From Fonticula alba ATCC 38817 (Eukaryota; Protista; Nucleariida): DNA of 64,000 nt. A program made the translations under genes and the position numbers. Shown in pieces: positions 24,504-36,400 of the stretch. Positions within the stretch are counted from its first letter, which is position 1. Each line of letters begins with the position of its first letter. Below the pieces are notes generated by a model, which was not told where the DNA came from, searched no databases, and saw nothing but the letters and a program-made list of their open reading frames with translations. The stretch is taken from assembly GCA_000388065.2 (NCBI GenBank), contig KB932203.1, one strand, 5' to 3'.

Positions 24504-25749
24504 TCACTGGATGCGCTCCTCGCCCTCGCGGACCTCACGCAGAGACAGGAACTTCAGCTGAACCTGACCGCGGGTCTCCTGATTGAGGGTATCATTCAGA
24601 GGGCCAAAGGCACCGGGGTCGATCAGGGCCGTGAGCTGGAAGTCCGACGAATAATCCTCGCTCTCGATTGAAGAAAACAGCGGGCGGATTTTTTCCTGGC
24701 ACACAGCCCCAGGAGAGGGACATCAGGGAGTCGGAGGGATGCAAGAGAGAGAGAGAGAGACAAAGGAGTTAGTTCCCGGTTTAAAGCCGAGGCCGCACGA
24801 TCCCGGGCAAGGGTCGACCCTGGCAGGGGGGGGGGGGGAGCCCAAAATAAGGTGCATCACGCACCATCAGGCGCTTGGCGTCGCGGGCCGAGTCCATCGT
24901 CACGGAGACACGCATCTGCGCGCGAGAGATCGGCAGGACGCCGCTGGTCCGCAGAGTACGGATGGCCTCCAGGGCCTGCTGCTTGACGGCGTTGGTGCTG
25001 CTGCTGGCGCTGCCGCCGGCATTGGCCTTCGGCGTGAATTTGGCACTGGTCATGGCCTTCTGGATCATGGTCACCGGGTACGGACGGTTGGTCTCCGGGT
25101 TGATGCACATGTCCGACACCATTTGGGCCACCTCGCGCGAAAGGTTCTCCGAGTGCTGCTGGCGCTCGCGCTCGGCGACCTGGAACTCGCCCTTCTCGAG
25201 GATCTGCCCCCACGCAGAAGAAGAGGAGTTAGCATGGGATGGGCGAGGAGCCGGCGCCGATAGGCAGACATGGCTAATGGGTCGGGACACACCTCGAGGA
25301 TGATCTTCTTCACGTCGTCCGTCTTGAAGGCCTTCATCAGCTGCTCCTTGTTGGGGACGGTGCCACGCGAGACATTCAGGAAAACGTTGTCGATCTGAAG
25401 GACATTGTCGATGTTGGTCTCGCTGCGAACAAAGATTTAGTGGGGTTTGGGGAGGGAGGGAGAGCGAGCGAGAGAGCCAGAGCGGAGGGGAGAGATGACG
25501 CGATAGAGGAGCGACACCCGAGGGAAAGGTGCGGACAGTAGCACAGAGGCCGGTGATTAGTCAGGCGCAGCAGGGACCAGGCTCTCGGGGNNNNNNNNNN
25601 NCATGGACAGGACAGGCTGACACGCACACACGGTTACGCCACTCCATCACCTTGTTCTTGTAGCAGGCGATCTCAAAGCGGATGCCACCCTTACGCAGGC
25701 GGACAATGGACACATTGGTCAGGCGGATCTGGTTCATCGGGGTGAACAT
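24504..25749 (-). CDS. SBDS: Ribosome maturation factor SBDS/Sdo1, ~260 aa, 4 exons (25749-25628, 25422-25293, 25203-24865, 24695-24504)
   Basis: [67 protein letters not shown] and LIDPG are diagnostic. Exon phases sum to an intact frame. Confidence 0.97.
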
Positions 25750-26737
25750 GGTTGCGGATTCTTCAGGAAGAGCGAGGAGAGGGGGATGCGATATCCGGAG
25801 CGGGGAGAACGCGGCGGAAAGCTGAACAGTGGGGATATGTGATAGAGGGGCAGGGCGCGCTGTGGAGGGGGGGGGGGGGGGGGGGCGGGTGGGATGGGTG
25901 GGGGGGTGTGGGGGAGGGGGGGGCGGGGGGGGGGGGGGGGGGGGGGGGGCGGGGGGGAGTGGGTTGCGGAGCATGTGGCAGGGGAAAGGGCAGAAAGAGA
26001 TGAGGCGAGCGGCAGGGGGGGGGGGGGAAGGAGGATGATCGGTTTCTGTGGACATGCCGAAGCCCTCCTTCTAGAGTTCCCCTTTTGCATGACCCCTGCC
26101 CCTCTCCGGGCCATGCTGCTGACGATGGTGAGGAGGGGGGCAGGCCCCGACGGGAGCCGGGGTACCAAGCGCGCGCGTGTGTTCCTCTTTCACGGAGCAC
26201 ATGCCAGTCCCACGCCCCCCGGCCGGCCGGCTCGGGGTCCTTCTCCCTCTCTCTGAGTGCCGGCCACGAAGGCCGGCACCGATAATCGGCCCTTGAGATG
26301 CGCGGCTCATTCGGTGGGAGTTCCCATGGCCGCCGACGCCCTGCGCAATAAACCAGAAGCGTACTCCGATCCCAGAATGTAGATCATATTGGTGGGTATA
26401 TTTTCAATGTGCAACAATGTCTGGGGGGCGGGGGGGGGGGCAGTCCGGAGTGGCTGGAATACATGAGAGGGCCTCAAAGCCGTGCAGGTGGAGAAGACAG
26501 CCGGGCCGCCGAGAGAGAGGAGAGAGAGAGAGAGAGAGAGAGAAAGAGGCGCACACACTCTAATAGGGATCTATGTGTTGCACAGCAGAGAGGATGTGTG
26601 TGTCCGGAGGGGGGGGGGGACCGTGCAAGATACGGCAGCAAGGGAACGGGAGGCCGAAGCACGCGACGTTCAAGGAGGGCGGGAGGAATGGACAGATCTG
26701 GGCTCACCACTGGCGCTGCTGGGCGGGCGGCTGCGTC

Positions 26738-28197
26738 TTAGTCGTCGCCGCCGCCGGACTTCCGGCGCTTGGCCTTCGAGTCACCACTCTTCATCTGCTC
26801 TTTCGAGAAGAAGCGCTTCCGGGTGTTCTTTTGCTTGGACAGGCGCTCGGCCTCCTCCTTATCCATCTTCTTGCGGCGCTCGGCGTTACGACGCTCGCGC
26901 TGCTCCTGGCGGATGGCCAGCTTCTCGTTCTTCAGGGTGGCAATCTGCTGGATCAAATGGTGGGCCTTGCGCTCATCGGCCGTCATGATGACCGCCCGAC
27001 GGGTCTCTGCCGAGGCGGACGTCTGCCGGGCCATGTCCTTGGGCTGGGAGGGAGAGAGGGAGAGGGCGCGAGTTAGAGACCACTGCGAGGATAGGGTGCG
27101 AAGGGGGAAAAAAAAAGGCAGACCAGCGCGAAGGCACATGACAACACGCGTGCTGCTCTCGTCGCCCTGATTGCCAGAGCGGTGTGGGGAAGGGGCAAAA
27201 ACGGGGGGGGGGGGTCCAAGAGCGAGCATGGGAAGAGAAACACGAAAGATGGAGCATACCTTGGCCGAGAAGGGCAGCGACGCCTGCAGCGACGCCGGCA
27301 CACGCAGGGGAGCGAAGACACGCTTCTGGCGCTCGACCTTCTCGTACTTCGACTGGGCCAGCTTCGGGGCCTGGAGATTGCGCTCGCGCCGGAGCATGGA
27401 CACCGTACGCATACCCTCCCACTTGGCCTTGTCCTTCTGGAGGAGGTTGGTGATGGGGAAGTAGGCGTTCTTGGCCTCGACCGGCACCCAGGCGCGAAGG
27501 AAGACAATGTCTGACGAAGGGAGCCGTGGGATTAGCGGGCGAGGGGGAACTGGAGAGGCAGCCGAGGGAGGGACAGAAAGAGACGGAAGGAGAGCAGACC
27601 CAAGGCCGGCAGGCGACGTACCACTGCGCAGAACGCGGTCCTCGAAGGTCGCTCGGAAGCAGCCTTCCGGCTTCAGAAGGGCCTTCTTGATGTGGCCTCG
27701 GATGCCGGAGACGGTGCGGATCTTGGCACCCTCAAAGCGAGCCACCTCCAGCGAAGAGTTGAACATGCCACGAATGAAGGCGGTGTTCTGGATGGCGTTC
27801 GTGCGGGCATGAGGGGAGAGGGGCGCGTGCGCGCATGTTTGCCATGTCAGCATGCCTTTCGGCACGACGAGGGGGCGCATGGTGCGCTGTGAGGGAGGCG
27901 GAGCATGCAGACAAAGCGCGCACCTTGAAAATCTCGTAGGGCTCACCAGTCAGCTTGAGCTTCTTGATGATGGTGAACGCCTTGTCCAGCTCCAGCACGA
28001 CACCGGTGGCGCTCACACGGAAGCCGGGCTGGGGAGGAGGGTGGGTTGTTTTTGTTTTTGTTTTTTTTTTCGGCATGGCAACGCAATCCCGGGGTGTCAG
28101 TGACCGGGCAGCAAAAGGAGAGGCAGGCGAGAGGAGTTGTGGCCAGCCAAAGTGAGGGGAGCATGTAAGTGCCCCGGGCCGCTTTGCCTGGCCGTGG

Positions 28198-28237
<40 letters not shown>

Positions 28238-28387
28238 NNNNNNNNNNNNNNNNNNNNNNNNNNNNNNNNNNNNNNNNNNNNNNNNNNNNNNNNNNNNNNN
28301 NNNNNNNNNNNNNNNNNNNNNNNNNNNNNNNNNNNNNNNNNNNNNNNNNNNNNNNNNNNNNAGAGAGAGAGAGAGAGAAAGAGAAAC

Positions 28388-28436
<49 letters not shown>

Positions 28437-28489
28437 AAGAGAAAGAGAGAAAGAGAGACAGAGAGAGAGAAAGAGAGAGAGAGAGAGAA

Positions 28490-28535
<46 letters not shown>

Positions 28536-31500
28536 CGGCTCCAGGCACACGCACCACGCTGTTGCTGAGGTTGACAAAGGCACACACACCGGTGTTCGGG
28601 GGAATGATCGGGGCGTAGAAGGTGGCATTGCAATGCATGTGCTCCGGGGTGTACTTGAGCATGCGGTTGCGCTGGCCATCGTCCTTGATCGACAGAAGCG
28701 GCGTCGCCTGGAAGCGCCGCCAGCCGACCGACAAGACCAACGGGTCCTGGTTCTTCAGGATCTTCTTGTACCAACGGTGCTTCTTCAAACGAATCTGAAT
28801 AAAGCCGACGGTGTCCTCGCCCGGAAGCAGAGCACCAACCACAATCAGGTACCGGGGGTCGAAGTGCTGGACAAACTCGCACGGCAGGCCCTCGAGCACG
28901 ATGCGCACATACTGCCCCGGCTGGTAGCCGATGAACTGGGCACGCATTTCCGGGGCAATGTCCTCGAACTCCTGGCGGTTGAACTGCTGCTGCTGCTCGA
29001 TGGCCTTCTTCTGCCGGTCGAAGTCGGTCTCTTCCTTGTCCTCGGCCCCGGCGCCGCGTGACTCGTACTCATCGATGAAGCGCTGCTTGAGCAGCTCCTT
29101 CTTGCGCTGGAGCTCCTCCTCGGTTGGCTCATCGCCGCCCTCATCGTCACTGAGGATGGAGTCTCCGGCCCCGGCGGCGGAGGCGCCGCCGCCGCCGCTG
29201 CCATCCTCATCCTCCAGGTCCTCGAAGTCCCCGGTGGCATCGTCATCACTGCCGGCACCCGCGGCAGCACCCTCGGCCCCGGTGTCGCCGGTGATGAAGC
29301 GCGACCGCAGCGAGGCCAGGAAGTCCGGATCCTCCCACAGATCGGCATCGGCCACATCGCCACCCAGGTGCAGGTTCAACTTGGCCCCGTCGTCCATGTG
29401 GGCCAGCTGGCTGCTGGTCGAGGAGCGCACCTTGCGGAAGCCATCGGCATCCGGCTTGCCCGCCGACCCGGCATCCTCCTCGGCCCCATCACCATAGACC
29501 AACTTCTGCAAGTTGACCCGGCGATTGACCTGCATGCGCTCGGCCAGTGAGTCGATGTTGGCACGCCACTTGGTCTCGGAGGCGTCAGCGATGCCGGCAT
29601 CCAGATCCATGCGGTCGGGGTTGTAGACGAAGTCCGCCAGGTCCGGCTCGTCGTCGTCGTCGCCGTCGTCGTCGTCATTGCCATCGCTGGCGTCGTCGCT
29701 CTCATCCTCCTGCTCATCAAGCTCGGAGTCGGTGTCGGCAAAGGCCAGCTGCCCATCATCGCCATCCTCCTCGTCCAGGGCGCCAGTGACGTTGGCCCGG
29801 CGGATGCGCTTCTGATGGGTCTCCTCGTCGATGTCCTCGTCCTCGTCGAAATTCTCCTCATCATCCTCATCCTCATCATCATCGTCCTCGCCGTCGGAGA
29901 TGGTGTCGTTGAAAGAGGAGTTGGTGCCGTCCTCAAAGAGGGCACGGCGGCGCACGCGCGGCGCGGCCTTGTCCAGGGCAAACTCTGGAGCCAGGCATGT
30001 CGTTCGAAGGTAAGCGAAGGTAGAACCGATGAGCAACACCACGGGAACCGGAGGGTGGGGAGGGGGGGGGGCGGGGGCAGAAGAAGGCAAAGGAGGGAAG
30101 GTGATACGCACTGGCGCGCGCCTCGGAAGCCAAAACTGGGGCCGAGTCCTGGAAGATCTGCAGCTCACTCTCCTCCAGCTTATCGGCCAGGGTGTGTTTG
30201 CTGTCCTGCAGCGAGATGACCATCTGATCGCCCTCACTGCGCTCCACTGTGCGACGAGGCACACGCATGGTCCATTGAGAGAGAGAGAGAGAGAGGATGG
30301 ATGGGTCAGCATTAATCCGGGGGAGGGGGGGGGAGGGGCAAAAGTACCGGCCCGCCCGCGAGGGGACATGTGACCGGCGAGCACGCACTATCAACCTCGA
30401 GGCCAGAGCCATCGGACTTGCGCTGGTACACACCCGGAACCTCGACATAGACACTGTCGCGATCATAGGTGATCTCGCCAATGTCGGACATCTACGCCGG
30501 GACCAGGAAAGGGAAGAGGGGCACCGAGAGGAGGCGGAGCAGGGCGGGAAAGACGGGAGTTAGACATCCGTACAATTCATGTGTCAAAAAAGAAGTCGAA
30601 GGAAGGGGGGGGGGGCGATGGCGCCAAAGGGCGGGCTGTCATACCGGAGCATAGATGAGCTTGTGCTTCTGGTCCAGGCGCTTGGCCACCTTGTCCGGCA
30701 GGGGGCACGGGTCCTCCAGAGCCGACACCTCCTTGATGGCGAAGTCGCCGACACCCGGGAGATGAACCTTCTGGTGGGACTTGAGGTTCGTGCCACGCAC
30801 ATAGCCATACAGGGCCACGGTCCGGTCACAGTGGACATCCCGCTCGATCAGGTGCGGCTGGGTGATGTCCTCCATGCGATCGGCCACCACATGCGAATGG
30901 CTGTTGCGCCAGATGAGCGGCCGGAACTTCATGACCGAAATGAAGCGCGACAGGTTGTTCACCTCCATCTTCGGGTAGCGCCCATTCAGCAGACCACTCA
31001 GGTAGAAAAGCTTGGCTCCCTCGTAGATCTCGGTCCAGAAGCTGCGACATGTCAGAACACCGGGCCGGGGCCGGGGCCGGGGCCGGGGCCATGGGCAAGG
31101 GGGCCGGCCTGGAGGGCGGGAACAAAGGCAAGGACATTTGAGACGGACCGCTGCTTGAGGCGCTTCTTGTGCTTGCGAAGGCTCTTGTCATCGGCAAAGC
31201 CATCCAGATGAGTCAGGACACCCATGATCCGAGGGAAGCCATGGGTCTGGCAAAGGTTCAGGAACTCGAAGGTCTCCTGCGGGTGACCAGAAGGAAGGGA
31301 GAGAGAGGGGGGCGGGGGGGGGGGGGAGGGGGAGGAGAAGGGACATCAGCAAGCAGTGACAATAGATGTCGTCGGGTGAGGGGGAAGGAGAAAAGTGCAC
31401 NNNNNNNNNNNNNNNNNNNNNNNNNNNNNNNNNNNNNNNNNNNNCGGGCGCGGCGGGGGGGCGCACTGCGGAAGGAAAGGACCACGCCCACAGCCTGCCC

Positions 31501-33441
31501 TTGCCGGGGGCGGATGGGGCGGGCGGGGGGATTGCACCCATGCTGGGGGGCGGGGGAGGGGGCGGGGAACGGCAATTCCCGCTTCGGATGGTCGGGTGGC
31601 CGGGTGGTCTCCGCGCTCCGGCCGGGTGCCGCGTGTGCGTTCTCACGTGCGGCGCAAGCGTTGGGACTTGGCCCATCCGATCAACCTGCATGGACGAAGG
31701 CCGGGGCTGGCTCCGGGAGCCGAGGAGAGGGGAGGGGGGCCAGGCATCAAGCAGGGCGCGCCCCGGTTCACCGCAGGGGGACACCCTCGCCCTCCCCCGG
31801 GCACACCCATCCCCAGATCTATCGTAGGTGGGGGGGCAGGGGGGGCTGATGGGCTGGCAGCACGGGCGTTCGAGCACCTGGCCCGCCGGGCAGCCCTCCT
31901 CCCTCACTCCGCTGGCCATCCCCGCGTGCCTCTCTTCCCTGCCCTCTGCCTCCTATTCTGCCGAGTTTGCCCTGCCCCCCCCCCCTGCCGCCCCCCCTTG
32001 CGCATCCCGTCCGTCCTTCGTCCTGTAGGCCGGCCTTGTCGAAGAGATGGACCGCCGGATGGCCGCCCGCCGGCGGCTGCCGCTGCTGCGGCCCCCGCCA
32101 GACCCCTTTGCCATCGGGTTTGATTTCGCCCGCTTCACCAATCTCAACCTCGAGCAGGATAGTCTCCTGCTTGCGGAGCATGTCCGTCGAGCCATCCTGT
32201 CGCATGACTTCGCCACCGCGGCCGCCGGTTGCTCGGTGCTCCTCCGCCGTGGGGCCCCGCTGGAGCCCTCCCTCTGGCATGTGGTCCTCGGAGCCTTGCA
32301 GGCCAATGTGGCGGACGCGGTCCGTGCGGAGCCCGGCAGGACAGGCCCCGGATCGCCTGCTCATCACCATGATCCCATGCGGTCTGCCAGCGCGCCGGCC
32401 TACCTGTCGGCGGCCAAGGAGTTCGTGCAGGGCGTCCTGGCGCCGCACCTCGGGCCGATGGCTCTCATTGAGGCATGCTTCATGCTGGCCTCTGAGGGGC
32501 AGACTGCCGATGCCCTGGAGTTGCTGAGCGTGTATGTGTCCACCCCCCTCTTCTGGGTCTTTTGCGCTTGCTCTCCCCCCCCCCCTCCTCCTCTCCCTCC
32601 CTACGCATGCTGACGGCTGCCATTCTGTCCTGCCTGTCGCCCTCCTCCCCCCCGGCCAGGGACAGCAAAAGGAGGACGAGGAACACGCACCATCTCGAAG
32701 CCGAAGCTGGCATCCACCATGAGCAGAACCAGGTCCGCGGTCTTGGCGCAATCGATCATGGAGTTCATGTCATTGCCACACTCGAAGAAGGTCAGGCGTC
32801 GGCTCTTGCCGGAAACCACGGTAATCGGGCCGTTGACCTCGCGCAGGTTCTGCTTGGTGTACTTCTTCACCAGGGACTTGATGAGGGTGGTCTTGCCGAC
32901 GCCGGGCGGGCCGACAACGCCAATCATCACGGGCGGGGCCTCGGCCGCCGAGAGGCCAGCCGTGCGGCTCGCCATCGGGGCATGCATGCGGCGCTCGGCC
33001 TTCTCCATCTTGTGCTGCTGGGCGCGCATCATGCTGCGACCAGAGGCAGCGATGAAGGCCTGTACGCAGGGAGACCCATTGTGGAGGGGGATACATGAGG
33101 AGGGGAATCGTGCGCAGGGTGCGGAGCGGGAGGCAGGCGCGATTGTGTGCGTGGATGCGTGTGTATGAATGGGGGGCCGAGTGAGAAAGGAAATCGCAGA
33201 AGAGGGAGAGAGAGAGAGAGAGAAAGAAGGACAGAGAGGAACAGGGCATGTGGGGAGGCGGACGAACCTTCGGGTTGCGGCGGCGCTCGGCCTCAATGTC
33301 GCGGGGGGCATCCTTGTCGCGCTTGGTCGGGCGCTCGGGGATGGCTGTCCCGCCGGAATTGGCTGCCAGACGGTCGACCTTTTGCTGCTTCTTCTTGGCC
33401 AAGCGCACATTGTGCTGCTTGTGCGTCTGAGAGTCGGCCAT
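26738..33441 (-). CDS. BMS1: BMS1 ribosome-biogenesis GTPase, ~1187 aa, 11 exons (33441-33268, 33059-32691, 31276-31149, 31041-30645, 30491-30389, 30246-30112, 29984-28555, 28028-27924, 27787-27622, 27510-27260, 27043-26738)
   Basis: P-loop GPPGVGKTTLIKSL; TFFECGNDMNSMIDCAKTADLVLLMVDASFGFEMETFEFLN; RFWTEIYEGAKLFYLSG; KKHRWYKKILKNQDPLVLSVGWRRFQ; RMLKYTPEHMHC; FEGAKIRTVSGIRGHIKK. All ten introns are GT..AG with consistent phase. Confidence 0.97.
28200..28530. repeat. (GA)n/(GAAA) microsatellite in BMS1 intron 7, interrupted by an N-gap (28238-28361)
   Basis: Read directly. Confidence 0.95.
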
Positions 33442-36400
33442 GGTGGCTCGCAGGTGGTGGTGGTGGAAAGGCCGGAAGCCCGGGGTGGAACCAAAAGCCC
33501 GGAGCGGGGTGGGTGAAAGGAGCCGGAGGTGGAGGAGAAAGCAATGGGAGGGGGGCTCCGTGAAGAGGGGGAAGGGGGAGGGGGGAAGCTAGAAGGGGCA
33601 GAGGGAGAGAGGAAGGGGGACAGGAGGAGCTATGACCTCCTTTCGAGGGTGGTCACACACTGACAGGGGTCCTTTTGACCGGGCGGGAACAGGAGGCGGG
33701 CGAGATACGGGGGGGGGGNNNNNNNNNNNNNNNNNNNNNNNNNNNNNNNNNNNNNNNNNNNNNNNNNNNNNNNNNNNNNNNNNNNNNNNNNNNNNNNNNN
33801 NNNNNNNNNNNNNNNNNNNNNNNNNNNNNNNNNNNNNNNNNNNNNNNNNNNNNNNNNNNNNNNNNNNNNNNNNNNNNNNNNNNNNNNNNNNNNNNNNNNN
33901 NNNNNNNNNNNNNCCCCCCCCCCTCCCTCCCTCCCGGTGGCTTTGCCCGAAGAAACATCAACGATGCGCGATTCTTCCAAAGCGCCAACTGCCATGGGTA
34001 CCTCGGCTTGCTTTACATTCACCAAGCCATCAGTGCGGCAGCCAACAGCAGCGCCACTTCGCTGGCTGGTGCTTTGCGCCGGGCAGCCAGCCGGCGCCCC
34101 GCCCCGGTGGATCGCCACGATGCTCGGAGCTTGGCCGGGTTGCTGGCCGACCGTCGGCTCCGGGCCGATGCCCGCCGGGTGGTTGTGGCCGCCCTGCCAC
34201 GGGTCCCTTCGGCCGGGAGTGACCTGCGCTCGGCCGAGCGGCATCTCCGCCGGGCGGCCGAATTGGATCCCCAATCCGAGGCCTGGGTCTTTGGCCTATG
34301 GCAGCTGTATGGCCTGGCTGGGCGGCTGTTGACGCGGTCATCGCGTGAGCGCGGCCCTCTTGGCCTGGTCGTTCGCAGCCACCTTCGCACCTTTCTCAAA
34401 GCCAATCCGGACAACCTGGCCGGCTGGGTGTATGTCTCCCATGCTCGCTTTCTCTCTGCTTCTCTCTCTCTCTCCATGTTCCCCTTCTTGCCCCTCCCCT
34501 ATGCGGCCATAACCATAACCGCCATTGACACGTACGCTTCGCCCCTCTTGGCCCTTTTTTCGACCCTCCTCTCGATGGCCGTCTCCAGCATGTACCATGA
34601 CTTTCTTCAGGCATCGGCCGAACTGTCGAGCCAGCGCGCGCCCGGGCGCTCGAACGCCCTGGTCATGGCCGAGGCAGCCGGCAAGGCGCCGGACTCGGCG
34701 GATCCCCGGCCGCGCTTGGATCCGTTGCACTTCTCGTCGCTGGGCCGAGCATCGGCCAAAATCGCCCGGCTCGATCCCCTTTGTCGGCGCCTGATCTATG
34801 AGCAGGCGCTGCTGCATTTGATGCGCGAGGCCGTGGGTGCTGGCGCCGCCATCCCCGGGAGTCAGCGTTTCTCCTCCACCGGGCCCCTGTCGGCGGGGTC
34901 CTTCGCGCACCTACGTCGGGCATTGGACCTGGCCCAGTGCCGGCTGCTGGCCCTCCATGCATCGACCACTGTGCACTATCGGTGTAGGACGGCCGGCGCG
35001 CGGCCCATTGCTCTGGACACGCCTCGGCCATCGGCCGGCGATCCCTGGGCCGAAATGGCGGCCCTCGGTGTTCGATGGCCGGCGGACTTGTCGCTGCTGA
35101 TCAACCGGCTGTCCACCGACCGGCCGGCGCCAGCGCGGCATCTCCATCGGAAATCCTACTGGCAGCAGCGTCCCTGGACTGGGCGAAACTTTGGTGCACA
35201 CGCGCGCGACCTGCCCGCCCAGAGTACCGCCGACGTCATTGGCCTTCAGGATACGCCATCCATCCGGGCGTCGTTGGCGGAGAGTCACATTGGCGGCTGG
35301 CAGCCGCTGCTTCCGCTTCAGAGTGAGCATCTTGCCCAGTTGGCCGGGACCGCCGGCGGGGGCTGCCATGCGCAAATCGAGGCATCAGACTGCTTGGATC
35401 TCGGCCACCGGGCTGCCGAGGCCGAGGCGCGCGAGCTGCTGCAGCTCTGGCGCCAAGCCTTGCGACTGGGCATGATGGCGGTGGGCCCCCCCCATCCCGA
35501 CACCACACGGACCTGGCCCGGCGGCGCGCCCCAGGCGGCCGAGCATCTGGCCGAGCTCCACCGAGCGGCCTCGGCCCCGGGCGCCGAAAGCCGGCATTTC
35601 CCCAGCAGCACGGCTTCCTGGCTGGCGTCGATGATTGCCCTCATCCCCGAGGCGGGTCTTGGGCAATCGCACGCGGTCTTCAACCACCTTACTCGGCCAA
35701 GCGCAAGCACAGGTGCCACTCGGCCGGCCACTTGCCACTGGTCATACGGCGATGGTCCGATGGATCTCTGGGACCCGGCGATCCAGCAGGCGCGCCATTC
35801 TGCCACCACGGCCGTTGCCTCGGCCGGTGCGACGGTGGCCCGGGCCGACGCCCGTCCGGGCAATGTTTCACCTTTCCCCGGCTCGGCTTCCGCCCGTTCC
35901 CGGTCCTCCCCCGCGAGCGACACCTCCTTTTCAGATCACTCGGATGGGGCATCCAGCTCCCATTCCCCTTCAGACCCCCCGTCGGATCCCTCTTCGGACT
36001 CCTTGACAGACTCCTCCTCGGGCTCCTCCTCAGATTCAGATGGAGCCCCCTCCCCGCCCGTGGAATCCCCTGCCCTGGATGCCGATGCCCCCTCCGCATG
36101 CTCAGCCCCGGGAGGGGGATGTTCGTGTGCTGGGCGCGTTGCTCGGATCTGGGCGGCCGTGGTGACCTGCCAACTGCTGGTGGCGGTGCTTCTTTACGCA
36201 CCGCAGCTTTGCGCCCTTCCCGATCCCACCGGACTGCAGGGGCTCCTTCGGCACTTGAAACGAGCCACGCACCCGGCACACACGTCGACCACCGATGGCG
36301 GCCGCCCTCCGTTGCCGATGCGCCTGTTCAACTTCCTCTGGGGTGGCTTCTCCGGGCGGGGGTTCATCCCCCTGTGGCTGCTTCGAGGGGAGCTGGCCGA

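Noticed and set aside
3106-26004. PAC-like GATGAG cores upstream of MYBBP1A (GCTCATC, 3106-3112) and SBDS (GAGATGAG, 25997-26004)
   Set aside because: These are short motifs expected by chance. None was seen upstream of BMS1 or the TAF1A-like gene, and no RRPE-like element accompanies them.
26290-26470. Lower-GC segment between BMS1 and SBDS considered as a snoRNA or U3 candidate
   Set aside because: No paired C/D boxes or U3 box A sequence; more simply BMS1 3' UTR or SBDS promoter.
34430-34588. Reading the 33675-36995 ORF as a single uninterrupted exon
   Set aside because: The 159-nt stretch has a GTATGT donor, a CT-rich body and a phase-matched CAG. It is an in-frame intron, and the ORF's apparent start lies before an N-gap.
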